A stretch of DNA of 64,000 nucleotides from Mobula birostris (GCF_030028105.1 NC_092389.1:17843180-17907179), one strand, 5' to 3'. Shown: positions 14,290 through 26,545, numbered from the stretch's first letter. Notes: generated by a model from the letters alone, not told the origin. Made by a program: numbers and translations.

Positions 14290-14490
14290 ATTGGGAACTT
14301 GAGTCCATTCATCAGGAGCACAGAGCAGCCTAGCATCACCTAACACATACCCAAACCACCTGGTCCGACAGGCATCACCTGTACCATTTGTGGAAGAGTC
14401 TGTGGTCCTCATACTGACCTCATCAGTTACTTTGAAATTACTGAACTAGTGCAAAAGTAAGTCATCCTTGATACTGAATAACTGCCTACA
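14290..14490 (+). mobile_element. LINE 3' end with C-terminal Zn-finger remnant (RTE-like)
   Basis: Encodes TCTICGRVCGPHTDLISY; a similar copy lies on the minus strand near 39610-39760. Confidence 0.5.
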
Positions 14491-15074
14491 AATCTATAGT
14501 GACATATACCTTGTCTCTCCACACATGTTGCTTGCTTTTTCCGGTACAAATAGCATATTTCGGAAATATTTGTGGGGATGAGTTGCTGATGGTTAGGCCT
14601 TGAAATTCTACATTTGTCTTCCTTTCAGAATCAGTGAGAACAAGTGCAACTTGTAGAGGAAAACTCTCAGTCATGACAATCTCTTTGGAAGTTCCCCCAC
14701 TTACAACTGGAAACCTGCAGAAGGATCACAGAGCTCTGGAAGCTTGATATCTTAGAGCTGTTTCCATTAAGCTCTGTGATATAAACAATAGAAAGGTCAA
14801 TTTGTGATTCTTTCAGGACGTATTTAGATGAGTTGACATGCAACAGAAATATGCGTCTCTTTAATTTGATTTATTAGTTTTTTTATTAATTAGTGGAATG
14901 AGCACATTGCACAGATGAATGTGTAATTCATCCATAATTGCCAGGTGAACAATTAAGAGTTAAGAGGAACTGCATTAGTTGGTCTACGTACCAAATATCC
15001 CACATGAGTGAGTGATGACAGAACTCCCTGAGCGATGCTAAAAAAAAGATGTACTTTTTCGGTAAGTTTCTTGG

Positions 15075-15205
15075 CAAGAGTTTTATTCCAGATTTATTTA
15101 CTGTTTTATTATTTCTTTGCTGCTGCATGGTGGGATTTGAACGTGTATCTCTGAATCAATAGGCTTATGGACAAGAGGTCAGTTGCTTAATTATCATGTT
15201 ACTGT
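15075..15205 (-). mobile_element. Old tRNA-derived SINE head (SacSINE1/Deu-like)
   Basis: Reverse complement reads gttcaaatcccaccatgcagc...aataaatctggaat, a B-box-like head resembling shark SacSINE1. Confidence 0.5.
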
Positions 15206-16124
15206 TATCACACAATTAACAGCATCGCAGTAAAAAATTGCAAGTGCATTTCAAATGAAAAAGATATTTTGCTTATTTTCACCAATGAATTGTTAAAAAA
15301 AACAGCAATGTACTTCTTTGAAATTGATTCATCTCTTGTGAAAGAAAAGTACGTAATATAATGGAGCAGAGTTCTCTAATATTTCTGAGTGCAGAGATGG
15401 TCCAGCTAACACCGGTAAGTGCCTGGAGGATTCTGTCCTAATCTTTAAAAGCTGGCTTTCAGTTATCGAAAGCGAAACAATGCAGTCAGTATTCTGACAG
15501 TTAGTGCTAGTAAGTCAATCGTACTGATGTAAAGACAAACTTCTCATGTTGTAATGATAGTGTGACTACTTCTGAATGGAAACATTTTACCCCACCTATC
15601 TATGCCCCTCCTGCACAAATGCTTGAGGAACTCAAAGATTCTGCAATTATCAGCGTGAAAAGTCTCACAGTGAAAGGGACCTTGTTGGGAACCTTATTAT
15701 ACAAAGAAAAGACTGGAATTTAACTGGAACTTAATGATTTTTTGTGACTTTTATCAGAATTGAAGTACAAAAATAAAGGAGAAAATAACTTTCTTACACA
15801 TTAAAAGCAGTTTTGTTACAGTAAGAGAATTATTTTGAAAAAGGGCATTAAAGAGCCGGGAGACTTCTAATGATTGAGTTGCTGTTTCTAATTAATACAT
15901 ATCATTCATTTATAATCGGATAGAGAAAACAGAAACAGCTCATGAGAGATTAAAATCAAGCTCCTGGAGCCAATCAAAAAGCAAACATCAGAGTCGTTAA
16001 AAATAAAAAGACAGTACTGTGCCCAGAGCACCTAGAAGAGAAAATCTACCATATGAAAAAATATAAGTGATCTAATATAAACTCTATGTGATTCTCTTCC
16101 ATTTGTAACTTCTCCAAAGAGGAA

Positions 16125-17467
16125 GAATCAGAATCAGGTTTATCATATCAGCATGTGTCGTTAAATTTGTTAACTTAGCAGCAGCAGTTCAATGCAATAC
16201 ATAATATAGAAGAAGAAAAAGAATAAAAGTAATAAAAAATAAAAACATAAATAAGTAAATCAATTACAGTATGCGTATAATGAACAGGTTAAAACCGTGC
16301 AAAAACAGAAATAATATATATTTAAAAAGTGAGGTAGTGTTCATGGGATCAATGTCCATTTAGGAATCAGATGGCAGAGGGGAAGAAGCTGTTCCTGAAT
16401 TGCTGCGTGTGTGTCTTCAGGCTTCTGTACCTCCTACCTGATGGTAACAGTGAGAAAAGAGCAAGCCCTGGGTGCTGGAGGTCTTTAATAATGGACACTA
16501 CCTTTCTGAGACACCGCTCCCTGAAGATGTCCTGGGTACTTTGTAGGCTAGTACCAATGATGGAGCTGACTAAATTTACAACCCTCTGCAGCTTCTTTTG
16601 GTCCTGTGCAGTAGCCCCTCCCGTACCAGACAGTGATGCAGCCTGTCAGAATGCTCTGCACGGTACATCTATAGAAGTTTTTGAGTGTTTTTGTTGACAT
16701 ATCAAATCTCTTAAAACTCCTAATGAAGCATAGCTGCTGTCTTGCCTTCTTTGTAGCTGCATCCATATGTTAGGACCAGGTTAGGCCCTCAGAGATCTTG
16801 ACACCTAGGAACTTGAAACTGTTCACTCTCTCCACTTCTGATCCCTCTATGAGGATTGGTATGTGTTCCATTGTCTTACTCTTCCTGAAGTCCGCAATCA
16901 GTTCTTTCATCTTGCTGATGTTGAATGGAAGGTTGTTGCTGCAACATTACTCCACTAGTTAGTATATTTTGCCCTCTGTACGCCCTCTCTTCTCCATCTG
17001 ATATTCTACCAACAATGGTTGTATCATCAGCAAATTTATAGATGGTATTTGAGCTATGCCTAGCCACACAGTCATATGCATACAGAGAGTAGAGCAGTGG
17101 GCTAAGCACATACCCCTGAGGTGTGCCAGTGTTGATCGTCAGTAGGGAGGAGATATTATCACCATTCCACACAGATTGTGGTCTTTCGATTAGGAAGTTG
17201 AGGATCCAATTGCAGAGGGAGGTATACATGCCCAGGTTCTGTACCTTCTCAATCAGGATTGTGAGAATGATAGTGTTAAATGCTGAGCTATAGTCGATGA
17301 ACAGCCTCCTGACATAGCTGTTTGTGTTGTCCAGGAGGTCTAAAGCCATGAGAAGAGCTAATTTATAGATGGTATTTGAACTATGACACAGTCAGGGGTA
17401 TAGAGAGAGTAGAGCAGTGGGCTAAGCACACACCCCTGAGGTGCGCCAGTGATGATCGTCAGTGAGG
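16125..17467 (-). mobile_element. Rex1/Babar non-LTR retrotransposon, 5'-truncated
   Basis: ORF 16876-17349 with [25 protein letters not shown] and [10 protein letters not shown]; (GAATCA)n tail at 16125. Highly similar to 46314-48733. Confidence 0.92.
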
Positions 17468-17807
17468 ATCGTAGCAGCCTATGTCTGTAGCAATATCTGG
17501 ATGACATCTCTGCTTGAGCTCAAAAGTAACAGGTTAGGGGATAACAGCCATAGTCAGTGAGCATAAAAGTATAAGGCATATTAGCTATTAATGTAAACAA
17601 GAATCAGACTTCAAACTATTTTCTAATGTAACCCACAAGCAACAATTGGCTTTGAAGTTACAAGGACAGCGCTCTCTAAGAAGAGACAGCAAACTACTCG
17701 TTAGAAAGAAGCTGGTACATCAGTGCTCTTTCTCCAAACTCCCTTCCTCTACCTTTCCATTTCTTAAATTCTTTAAAACACATTCTCAGACCCATCTTTT
17801 CAATTAT

Positions 17808-18023
17808 GTAAACACGAGGAATTCTGCAGATGCTAGAAATTCAAGCAACACACATCAAAGTTGCTGGTGAATGCAGCAGGCCAGGCAGCATCTCTAGGAA
17901 GAGGTGCAGTCGACGTTTCAGGCCGAGACCCTTCGTCAGTCCTGACGAAGGGTCTCGGCCTGAAACGTCGACTGTACCTCTTCCTAGAGATGCTGCCTGA
18001 CCTGCTGCGTTCACCAGCAACTT
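17808..18023. mobile_element. Penelope-end-derived foldback element (82-bp arms 17858-17939 and 17942-18023)
   Basis: Arms are reverse complements with 3 mismatches and a 2-nt loop; sequence matches the end of the Penelope element at 32060-33700. Confidence 0.85.
17937..17974 (+). ncRNA. Minimal type I hammerhead ribozyme motif
   Basis: CAGTC-CTGACGA-AGG(GTCTCGG)CCT-GAAA-CG-TC-GACTG: stem I CAGTC/GACTG, CUGANGA and GAAA cores, GUC cleavage triplet, palindromic ACGT stem III. Confidence 0.75.
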
Positions 18024-18948
18024 AAATATAGCTGCTCCTCATTTAACGAAGGACAATTTTGATGGCATTATTTCTGGTTTATCTGCCACTCTTGTGCCTC
18101 TTGTTGTCATTCTGGAGACGTGCAGTCCTTTCATCCCCCGTCTCTTCATCTCTTCTACTGTTTGTTGTTTGTCTCTGATCCTGGAGACGTGCATGCCTCC
18201 CCTCCTCTGTCTCTTCCTCTCTGATCTTTTTTTGTCCTGACTCTTTGATCTTGGAGCCGTGCGGCCCTGGCCTCATCCAATTCTTGTTCTCGCCCTCTCC
18301 TTGCCGCTTCCCGACGACGTTTAGTGTCGTCTCTTGACCATAATGTCCCTCTTCCCTTTCCACGCAGCATAATTAGGCTGATCATTTTTTTTTACCCTAA
18401 TGCTGGATAGAAGGTACGAAACAGTAACACCAAAGGATGCTGATTATTCTTGATGATGTGGTTGGCGCTCTCCTAAATGGATGTGATATAGTCACCACTG
18501 TCCTTTGACTGCAGCAAAGGGTTTTATGGGTGTCTCGGAGTACGTCATTACAATAAGATTTAATTATCTCTTATTGATGGGTGGCAATTAGATCTGTCCC
18601 AATCCTGCACATGCTGATGGTGATTAGCAGAATGTGACCCCTCAAGATAGAGCTGCCCTGCCCTTTTACTCCAGTAGGTGCTGCTGCTGAGGCTGGCCGT
18701 GCGCATGCGTCGGGCTGTCGCGTCCCGACTTCCATGATGGGCAATCGGGTCTTGGGTGAATGCTAGCCTGTTGATTTTTGTCGAATGAGCAATTTAATAC
18801 GAATTATTAACCCTGAGCTTTGCCTGCATTCTGTAAGTTAGCGCATCTTAATTCGATTTAGCCTAAAAAGGTGCCGCTGTAATGCACCGTTTGCGCTAAC
18901 TGGAGGTCACAAACAGACAGACAGAGCATGAGAGTTTTAGTAGTATAT
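18024..18948 (-). mobile_element. Non-autonomous Helitron-like element, copy 1 (3'-truncated)
   Basis: 5' end ATATACTACTAAAA followed by (CTGT)n; frameshifted reading with 23-aa E.T.EER.ARLQDQR repeats. Confidence 0.65.
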
Positions 18949-19069
18949 GAGACAATGGGGTGACCTGTTGGGGTACCCTTTGAGAGGAGGGTAGTGCAGT
19001 CTGATGTGACCAGAATGAACATTAAATTTTCCTGAATGCTATTGGTATCGCTTTGCTTTGGAAACTGAA

Positions 19070-20040
19070 GTAGAAAACCTCAGTTTATTAAAGAGGAATG
19101 ACGCGTAGCAAAGCAAATATAGCTGTTCCTCATTTCATGAAGGACCCTTTTGATGGCACCATTTCTGGTTTATCTGCCACCTTTGTTGCTCTCGTTGTCA
19201 TTCTGGAGATGTGCAGCCCTTTCATACCCCGTCTCTTCTTCTCTTCTGCTGTTTGTTGTTTGTCTCTGATCCTGGAGACCTGCATGCCTTTCCTCCTCCG
19301 TCTGTTTTCTCCCATTTTTTTTTTGTCCTGACTCTTTGATCTTGGAGTCGTGTGGCCCTGGCCTCATCCGATTCTTGTCCTCTCTCTCTCCTTGCCACTT
19401 CCTGACGATGTTTGGCATTACCTCTTGACCAAAATGTTCCCCTTCCCTCTCCACGCAGCATAATTAGGCTGACAATTTTTTTTTACCCTAATGCTGGATA
19501 GAAGATACAAAACAGTAACACCAAAGGATGCTGATTATTGTTGATGATGTGGTTGACGCTCTCCTAAATGGACGTGATATAGTCACCGCTGTCCTTTGAC
19601 TGCAGCAAAGGGTTTTATGGGTGTCTCGAAGTATGTCATTACAGTAAGATTTAATTATCTCTTATTGACGGGTGGCAATTAGATCTGTCCCAATCCTGCA
19701 CATGCTGATGGTGAGTAGCAGAATGTGACCCCTCCAAATAGAGCTGTCCTGCCTTTTTGCTCTGGTTGGTGTCGCTGCTGAGGCTGGCCGTGCACAGGCT
19801 GTCGCGTCCCGATTTCCATGATGGCGGATCGGCTCTCGGGTTAAAAGGGAGCCTGTTGATTTTTGCGAATGAGCAATTTTATACGAATATATAACCCTGA
19901 ACTTTGCCTGCATTTTGTAAATTAGCGCATTTTAATTCGATGTAGCCAAAAAAAGTGCTGCTAAAATGCACCGTTTGCGCTAATTGGAGGTCACAAACAG
20001 ACAAACAGACAGACAGAGCATGAGAGTTTTAGTAGTATAT
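19070..20040 (-). mobile_element. Non-autonomous Helitron-like element, copy 2 (possibly complete)
   Basis: Direct repeat of 18024-18948 over about 925 bp; possible 3' hairpin CCTC-TTTA/TAAA-CTGAGG followed by TTTTCTAC|T (CTAG-like). Confidence 0.65.
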
Positions 20041-20341
20041 ACATGTCAAACTTCCATCCTGAGCTTTTGTCAGATTATGCTTCCATAAACTAGCAGGGTA
20101 AGTTCCCCTGACAATAGTATTGAGAAGCAAGCTGTGTGGTGTGGGTGGAGGGCAGGATGTTGACGGAGAAAGGTTCAGGCAGAAAAGGTAGCATGTGGTT
20201 GAATGGGCTATGAACTTCACCATGGGATATGAAGTTAAGTGCAGAGTAATGTGAAGTGATGTCTGGTCAGAAGAATTAGGAGTGTCCATATAAAATAAAG
20301 AAACTGTTCTAAAAGGGTAAAGGAGAAGAATGGCCCGGAAG

Positions 20342-20450
20342 TATTGCTATGTTTTGCTACTCTAGAAACTAATCAAAAGAAAAACACAGGAGCCCGGAAT
20401 AAATTGTGTGCTTATTTTTTTTTAGGGAAGTGCTCACATATGCTTAATTT
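20342..20450 (-). mobile_element. Gypsy LTR fragment, same family as the LTR at about 23255-23450
   Basis: tatgttttg..actc.agaaactaat..aa.gaaaa.cac.ggagcc.ggaata is shared by both. Confidence 0.55.
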
Positions 20451-20575
20451 TTCCAATGTCATCTTTGAACACTGCTGTGGCATCATCCACTACCTTTCTT
20501 AATTGGCTTTCAGCTGACTCTATTGCAGGGGGTGTTGTGTAACCCTTAGGTTTGCCCGCTCGCGTTCATTTACTG

Positions 20576-21364
20576 CAGGGGTCCCCAACCTATTTTGCAC
20601 CGCGGACCGGTTTAATATTGACAATATCCTTGCAGACCGGCTGACCGGGGGGGGGGGGGGGGTGGTTGGTGTTCAAGTAGGGTTAAACTCACCTCAGCAT
20701 GTCTTTTACAGTTAGGGTTGCCTTCTCACTCCCAAATAAGGGACAAAAGCAGCAGTCAAATCCCTGGACACTTTACCCCAGGAAAAACTACCATGACCAT
20801 GAAGCCTTGCGCGGGCACCTGTGTGTGCATGTGAAGTGCGCATGCGTGTACGTGCCGATTTTTCCCCACAAATCGGTTTTGCCTTCATCTTCCCGACTAT
20901 ACTCTACATACATTATTTCTACTTTTTATAGGCTGTGTATTTATCATATCATTCCTGCTTTTACTATATGTTAGTGTTATTTATTTTCGGTTTTATGTGT
21001 TATTCAGTATGATTTGTTAGGTTACGTTTTGGGTCTGTGAACGGTGAAAAATTTTTCCCATATAAATTAGTGGTAATTGCTTCTTCATTTTACGCCATTT
21101 CAGAATGAAAGGTTTCGTAGGAACGCTCCACCTTAGCGGGGGAAGTACGGGACAAGGGCGGTCTCATATGGAACAAACCAATTTTGCCCAATATACGGGA
21201 TGTCCCGGCAAATACGGGATAGTTGGCAACCCAATGTTCAAGTTCAACAGTGCGTGACAGGGAATGAGGAAAGGTGCAGCTGAATCATATCGTTTCCTCA
21301 CGGTCTGGTAGCACATGCTCTGCGGCCCGGTACCGGTCCGCGGCCCGGTGGTTGGGGACCGCTG
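20576..21364. mobile_element. hAT (Charlie-like) MITE with a nested Blackjack-like hAT element (20678-21234)
   Basis: Outer TIRs CAGGGGTCCCCAACC / GGTTGGGGACCGCTG with 8-bp TSD ATTTACTG/GTTTAGTG; inner TAGGGTT...GGCAACCCAA flanked by a perfect TSD TGTTCAAG. Confidence 0.85.
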
Positions 21365-21424
21365 GTTTAGTGGAACCAGATTTTGGCCCCACCAAACCGG
21401 ATATTCACATTTGTGTGAATGCTG

Positions 21425-21913
21425 TGTAATGTACCCCAATTACAAACCCGCAACGCAAAATATCAGACAGTACACCATATGCAATTAAATGATAGACTTT
21501 ATGAATATTAATCTGAATATAGGGTTAGTATGAAAATAAACAAAACAAAAAAAGGGCCCAATTTAATGTCACAGTTTCAGTTGGAGCTCACTCAGCAGGC
21601 ATTCCTCCACCATCGATCTCCACCGAAGTCGCCAACCCTCAGACCCTCAGATCCCAGTATACGCCGTCTGGTGGTCTACCAGCTCTCTCCACATGTGTCC
21701 TTCCTCTTCCTCTCTCCTCGACGGAAACCCCGCAAAAACCCTGGCTCCCAGACACACAAGATAGAATAACATTTCTCCCATTAGTTAGCCACTGAATTCC
21801 AAAGTCCTGTTATCTCTGTTCATAACCCAAACATTTCTGCTACAAAGAAACCATTACCATTAACATAACAGAGAAGCCATTATATTAGTTAACATTACAG
21901 AGAAGCCATTACA
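21425..21913. mobile_element. Solo LTR
   Basis: Termini TGTAATG...CATTACA; 4-bp flanks GCTG/GTTG. Confidence 0.7.
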
Positions 21914-22144
21914 GTTGCATGTGAATGGTGGATGGATGTCTAATGAAGCTGCAGTTGTCTTAGTCAATCATGGCCCCACAATGCTGGCCCTCCTGTTTTT
22001 ACGAAAAACAAGACCCATGTGGCTTGTTGCTTGTTTTATTTCACTGTTACAAATGTCATTCCCACAGGAGTTATTTTTTCTCCAGTATAAGTTTTTAATT
22101 GGATAGCTGTAGGTTTCAGATTAATTTCTTTGAAATAATGTTTA

Positions 22145-23450
22145 TGGAATGACTGAAACAGCTAAGCCAGTGAGTTAATTTGCTGATCATCTCTGGTGTA
22201 AGCCAAATTGCTTGTCTCTTGTTAGTTTTTGCATTTTAAATCTTAAGGGCTACTCAGTCCAATGTCCCTTTCATCATTATCAGACCTTTCACCAACAGCA
22301 TGCAGATCAGTGCTCTTTTTGAAACTACAACTTGACTTTTTATCTTTTTCTCTTCCCTGTGCAGTCCATTTATTTTTCTCTGCATGGAATGCTCTTTGTA
22401 TGTGTCCTACTTTGTAGCATTTTATGCAAGTTTTGCCTTTAAACCTGCATTAGTCTGGTGTATGTGAGCCCTGCCACAATAGTAACACAATTTGTTCATC
22501 CAGGCAGATTTCTGTTTAGATATTACAATTTTGTTCATGCTCACTTTCATTACTGACTACAACTCAATTGCATTTCTGCCTGCTGTTTCCATTGATACAG
22601 CAATTTCAACTGCTCTTTTAAATGCGAGTCCTGTTTCAGTTAGGAGCAATTTTTGAATGCTTTCTGGTAAGAGTCTACAAACTAAATAATTTCTCATTGC
22701 ATCATTAAGCCCATCACTGAACTGGCAATGCTCAAACAATTTCTTCAATTCAGCCATGTAAGCAGAAATGGACTACCCTTCCTTTTGATTCTCTTTATGA
22801 AACATAAAGTGTTCGGCAATCACGAATGGTTTCAATTCAAAATGTTCCTGCGTTATGTTCATGATATCAATAAAGTTCATTTTGATTGGTTTGGTTAGAG
22901 CAGTCAAACTTCTTAGCAAACTGTATGCTTTTCCACCTATTACACTCAGTAAAACTGGCACTTGATTTTCATTGGCTATTTCATTTACTTCAAAATACTG
23001 CATAATTCATTCAGTATACATCATCCAGTTATCTGCTGTGCAGTCAAATATGTCCATCTTTCCAATATGACCAGCTTTTTCTGCTTCCTTCTTTAAAATT
23101 CACTATTATTATCACCTGGTACTGACTGTTCCATCCATTTTCTGCTTTAAAAAAATTGAATATTTTTCTCCCTTTGAGAAGAAAAAAAACATGCTGCACT
23201 TCAACTGGTAGGTAATCGTCTTGGGTTCATTTTAAAACTTCCTTGACACGACAGTTATGTTTTGTAACTCCAGAAACTAATTGGAAGGAAAACACGGGGA
23301 GCCTGGAATAACTCGTGTACCTAGTTTTACTTTTGGGAAGTACTCAACTATGACCTGGTGTCATAATAACATATGTCATTCACGTACTTTCACATATAAC
23401 CGATAGTGAAGTATAAAACAAACAAAAAATGCTTAATCAAGTGCTGAATG
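22145..23450 (-). mobile_element. Gypsy LTR retrotransposon remnant: LTR, gag (CCHC knuckles) and start of protease
   Basis: ORFs 22773-23003 (QYFEVNEI...LLSVIGGKAYSLLRSL) and 22557-22757 (LKKLFEHCQF); CYYCG knuckle at about 22470-22490. Confidence 0.85.
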
Positions 23451-23459
23451 AATACACCG

Positions 23460-25220
23460 CAGTTGTCACAAAAACAGTCATAGACGAGTATGCCCCAGAA
23501 AGTCATTCTGAGTATTCCCCAGTGTGAAGTCCTGGATGAACCATGAGATCCACAGTTTGCTGAGGGACAGCAGTGATATTCAAGTTTCGCGACCAAGTAT
23601 AATACAAGAGGTTCAGGTACAACCTCCAGAAAGCCAACTGAAGTACAAAGTGTCAATTCCAGATCAAGCTTGAATCAGTGAAGGATGTTCAGCAGCCATG
23701 GCAGGGCTTGAATGCTATCACCTCTTATAAAGTGAAACCAAGTGGCATAGGTAACAACAGGGCTTCACTCTCAGATGAGCTCAATGCCCCTTGTGCTCGT
23801 TTCGACCACCAAACCATGGAGGCGCCTTCTTGAACTCCCCCAGCGCAAAATGACCCTGTGATTCCAGTGTCTGAGGCTGACATGAGAGCATCCTTCAGGA
23901 GCAGGAAACCCACAGAAAGTATCAAGCCCAGACAGGATATCTGGCCAAGTACTAAAGACCTGTGCTGATTAACTGGCTGGAGTGTTCACCAATATCTTTA
24001 ATCTCTTGCTTCGGCAGTTTGAGCTACCCAGCTGATTCAAATGGGCTTCAATTATACCGGTGTCTAAGACAAACGTGATAACCTACCTCAATGACTATCA
24101 TTCAGAAGCACGTACATCCACAGTGATGAGGTGCTTTGGGAGGTTGGTGATGAGACGTATCAACTCCTGCTTGAGAAGCAAATTGGATTCACTCCATTTT
24201 GCCTACTGGAGCAACAGGTCCACAGCAGATGTCATTTCATTGGCTCGTCACTCAATCCTGGAGCATCTGGACAGCAAAGATGCATAAATCACAATGCTCT
24301 TTATTGACTACAGGTCAGCATTCAATGCCATCATTCTCTCAAAACTAATCAATAAACCAAGATCTAGAACTCAAGGCCTCCTTGTGCAACTGGATCCTTG
24401 ATTTCCTCACTTGCAGACACCAGTCAGTTCGGATTGGGAACAACATTTCTTCCACAATCTCCATCAGCACAGGTGCACTGCAAGTCTGTGTGCTTTGCCT
24501 TCTGCTCTACTCATTTTACACTTATAACTGTGAGGCTAAGCACAGTTCCAATGCCATATTCAAGTTTGCTGATGACACCACTGCCGTCGTCCAAATCAAA
24601 GGTGGTGATGAATCAGCATATAGGATGAAGGTTGAAAATCTGGCTGAGTGGTGCCACAACAACAACCTCTCACTCAATGTCAGCCCAGTCCACCATGGGT
24701 AAAGCCCTCCCCACCACTGAGCACATCTACGTGGAGCATTGTCGCAAGAGAGCACCATCCATCATCAGGAACGTGCACAGGCACACCATCCAGGCCATGC
24801 TCCATTCTCACCGCCACCATCAACAGCCCCAGGACCCACACCACCAGGTTCAGGAACAGTTATTACCCCTCAACCACCAGGCTCTTGAACCAGAGAGGAT
24901 AACTTCACTCACTCCAGCACTTAACTGTTCTCACAACCTATTGACTCACTTTCAAGGACTCTTCATCTCATGTCCTCAATATCTATTGATTACTTATTTA
25001 TTATTATGACTATTACTTATTTTTTCTTTTTGTATTTGCACAGCTTGTTGTCTTTTGCACATTGGTTGTTTGTCTATCCAGCTGAGAACAGGCTTTCACT
25101 GATTTTGTTGTGTTTCTTGTGGTTACTGCGAATACCTGCAAGAAATGAATCTCAGGGTTGTATATGGTGAAATATATGTACTTTGATAATAAATTTACTT
25201 TGAACTTGAACTTTGAATTT
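23460..25220 (+). mobile_element. Rex1/Babar element, degenerate
   Basis: [34 protein letters not shown] and KFADDTT; (CTTTGAA)n-like tail at about 25198-25218. Confidence 0.88.
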
Positions 25221-25234
25221 TCAGAAAGTAGTTA

Positions 25235-25660
25235 ATAAGGCATCTGCAGTTCAGGGGGCTATCAGTCGAGAGATGGAGTAGAAAAACAAGAAGTTTATTC
25301 TGTACCTTTATAAAACATTCTTCTGGCCTCAACTATAACATTGTGTTCAATTCTGGGTCCAGGAAAGATTGATGAGAGTGGCTGCTGGGATGAGAGACTA
25401 TAATTATGATAGATTAGAGAGGCTTGAATAATTTTATTTGGAGAGGAAAGAGCTGACAGGAGAATTGATGGAAGTATATAAAATGATCAGGAGCATGGTT
25501 GGAGCAGTAAGTGGGAGGATGTTCCTCTTGATGGAGAGGACTAAAACCTGAGGTCATGGATATAAAATAAAGAGGAAGAGAGCTGAAGCTGACATGAGAA
25601 AAAGCTTATGCAGTATGTGATTGAAATCTGGAATTCATTGCAGCGGTGATGAATGCTGGT
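25235..25660 (+). mobile_element. CR1 fragment; its 3' end resumes at about 26546-26695
   Basis: Decayed LYKT..PQL..CVQFW and RLERL motifs. Confidence 0.6.
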
Positions 25661-25684
25661 TCTATAGGTCCTTAGGATCATTAC

Positions 25685-25980
25685 AACATAGAAATGGGCC
25701 TCTCCTGCCCATTGATCTCACTAATCCTGCACTAACCTCACTATTTTCTCTCCACATTCCAGTCAATCCACCCCACCCTCTGATTCTACCACTCACCAAT
25801 TCACTAGCGCAATATTGAGTGGTCAATTAACTGACCGACCCACACAACCTTTGGAATGTGGGAGGCAACCTGACCACCTGGAGGAAACCCACGGTCACAG
25901 GGAAAATGTGTCAACTTCACACAGTCATACCAGAAATCAAGATTAAACTTGGGTTGCTGAAGCAGTGAATCAGCAGCTCA
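25685..25980 (-). mobile_element. V-SINE (HE1-like)
   Basis: V-domain motif tttggaatgtgggagg...ggaggaaacccacggtcacaggg on the plus strand. Confidence 0.7.
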
Positions 25981-26009
25981 AATGTTGAGTCATACGGCAC
26001 ATACTTACT

Positions 26010-26545
26010 CCATTGTGGCCTGCTTTGCTGCCGCTGCTACAGTGCGATTGAGAATCTCCAGGGGGGAAGGCCCCAAATCCTCAGCTTTGCCTATTGCCTG
26101 TTGCCGGGGCCGGGGTCGAAGCGCTCGGCAGAGATGGTGCTCAGTGCTCGGTGTCGGAGGCTCGAAGTTTTCGGACGGACTCAAAAGTCGGCTGTGGTTG
26201 GGTGCTTCCAGGGTGCTGCATTGGCAAGTTTGCGGCGCTTGGAGGTTCATGGCAGGGAGAGTTTCTCCCTTCTACTGTCTGTGTGAGGTGTTGGGACTTT
26301 TGAGAGACTTTGAGACTTTTTTTTACCATGCCCATGGTCTGTTCTCTATCAAATTACAGTATTGCTTTGCACTGTTGTAACTATATGTTATAATTATGTG
26401 GTTTTTGTCAGTTTTTCAGTCTTGATTTGTCTTGTGTTTCTGTGATATCATTCTGGAGGAACATTGTATCTTTTCTTAATGCATGCATTGCTAAATGACA
26501 ATAAAAGAGGACTGCGTGTCCTCATAATCTAATCTAATCTAATCA
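26010..26545 (+). mobile_element. Young CpG-rich non-autonomous retroposon with (CTAAT)n tail
   Basis: High CpG content, AATAAA, then ctaatctaatctaatc; no recognisable coding content. Confidence 0.55.
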
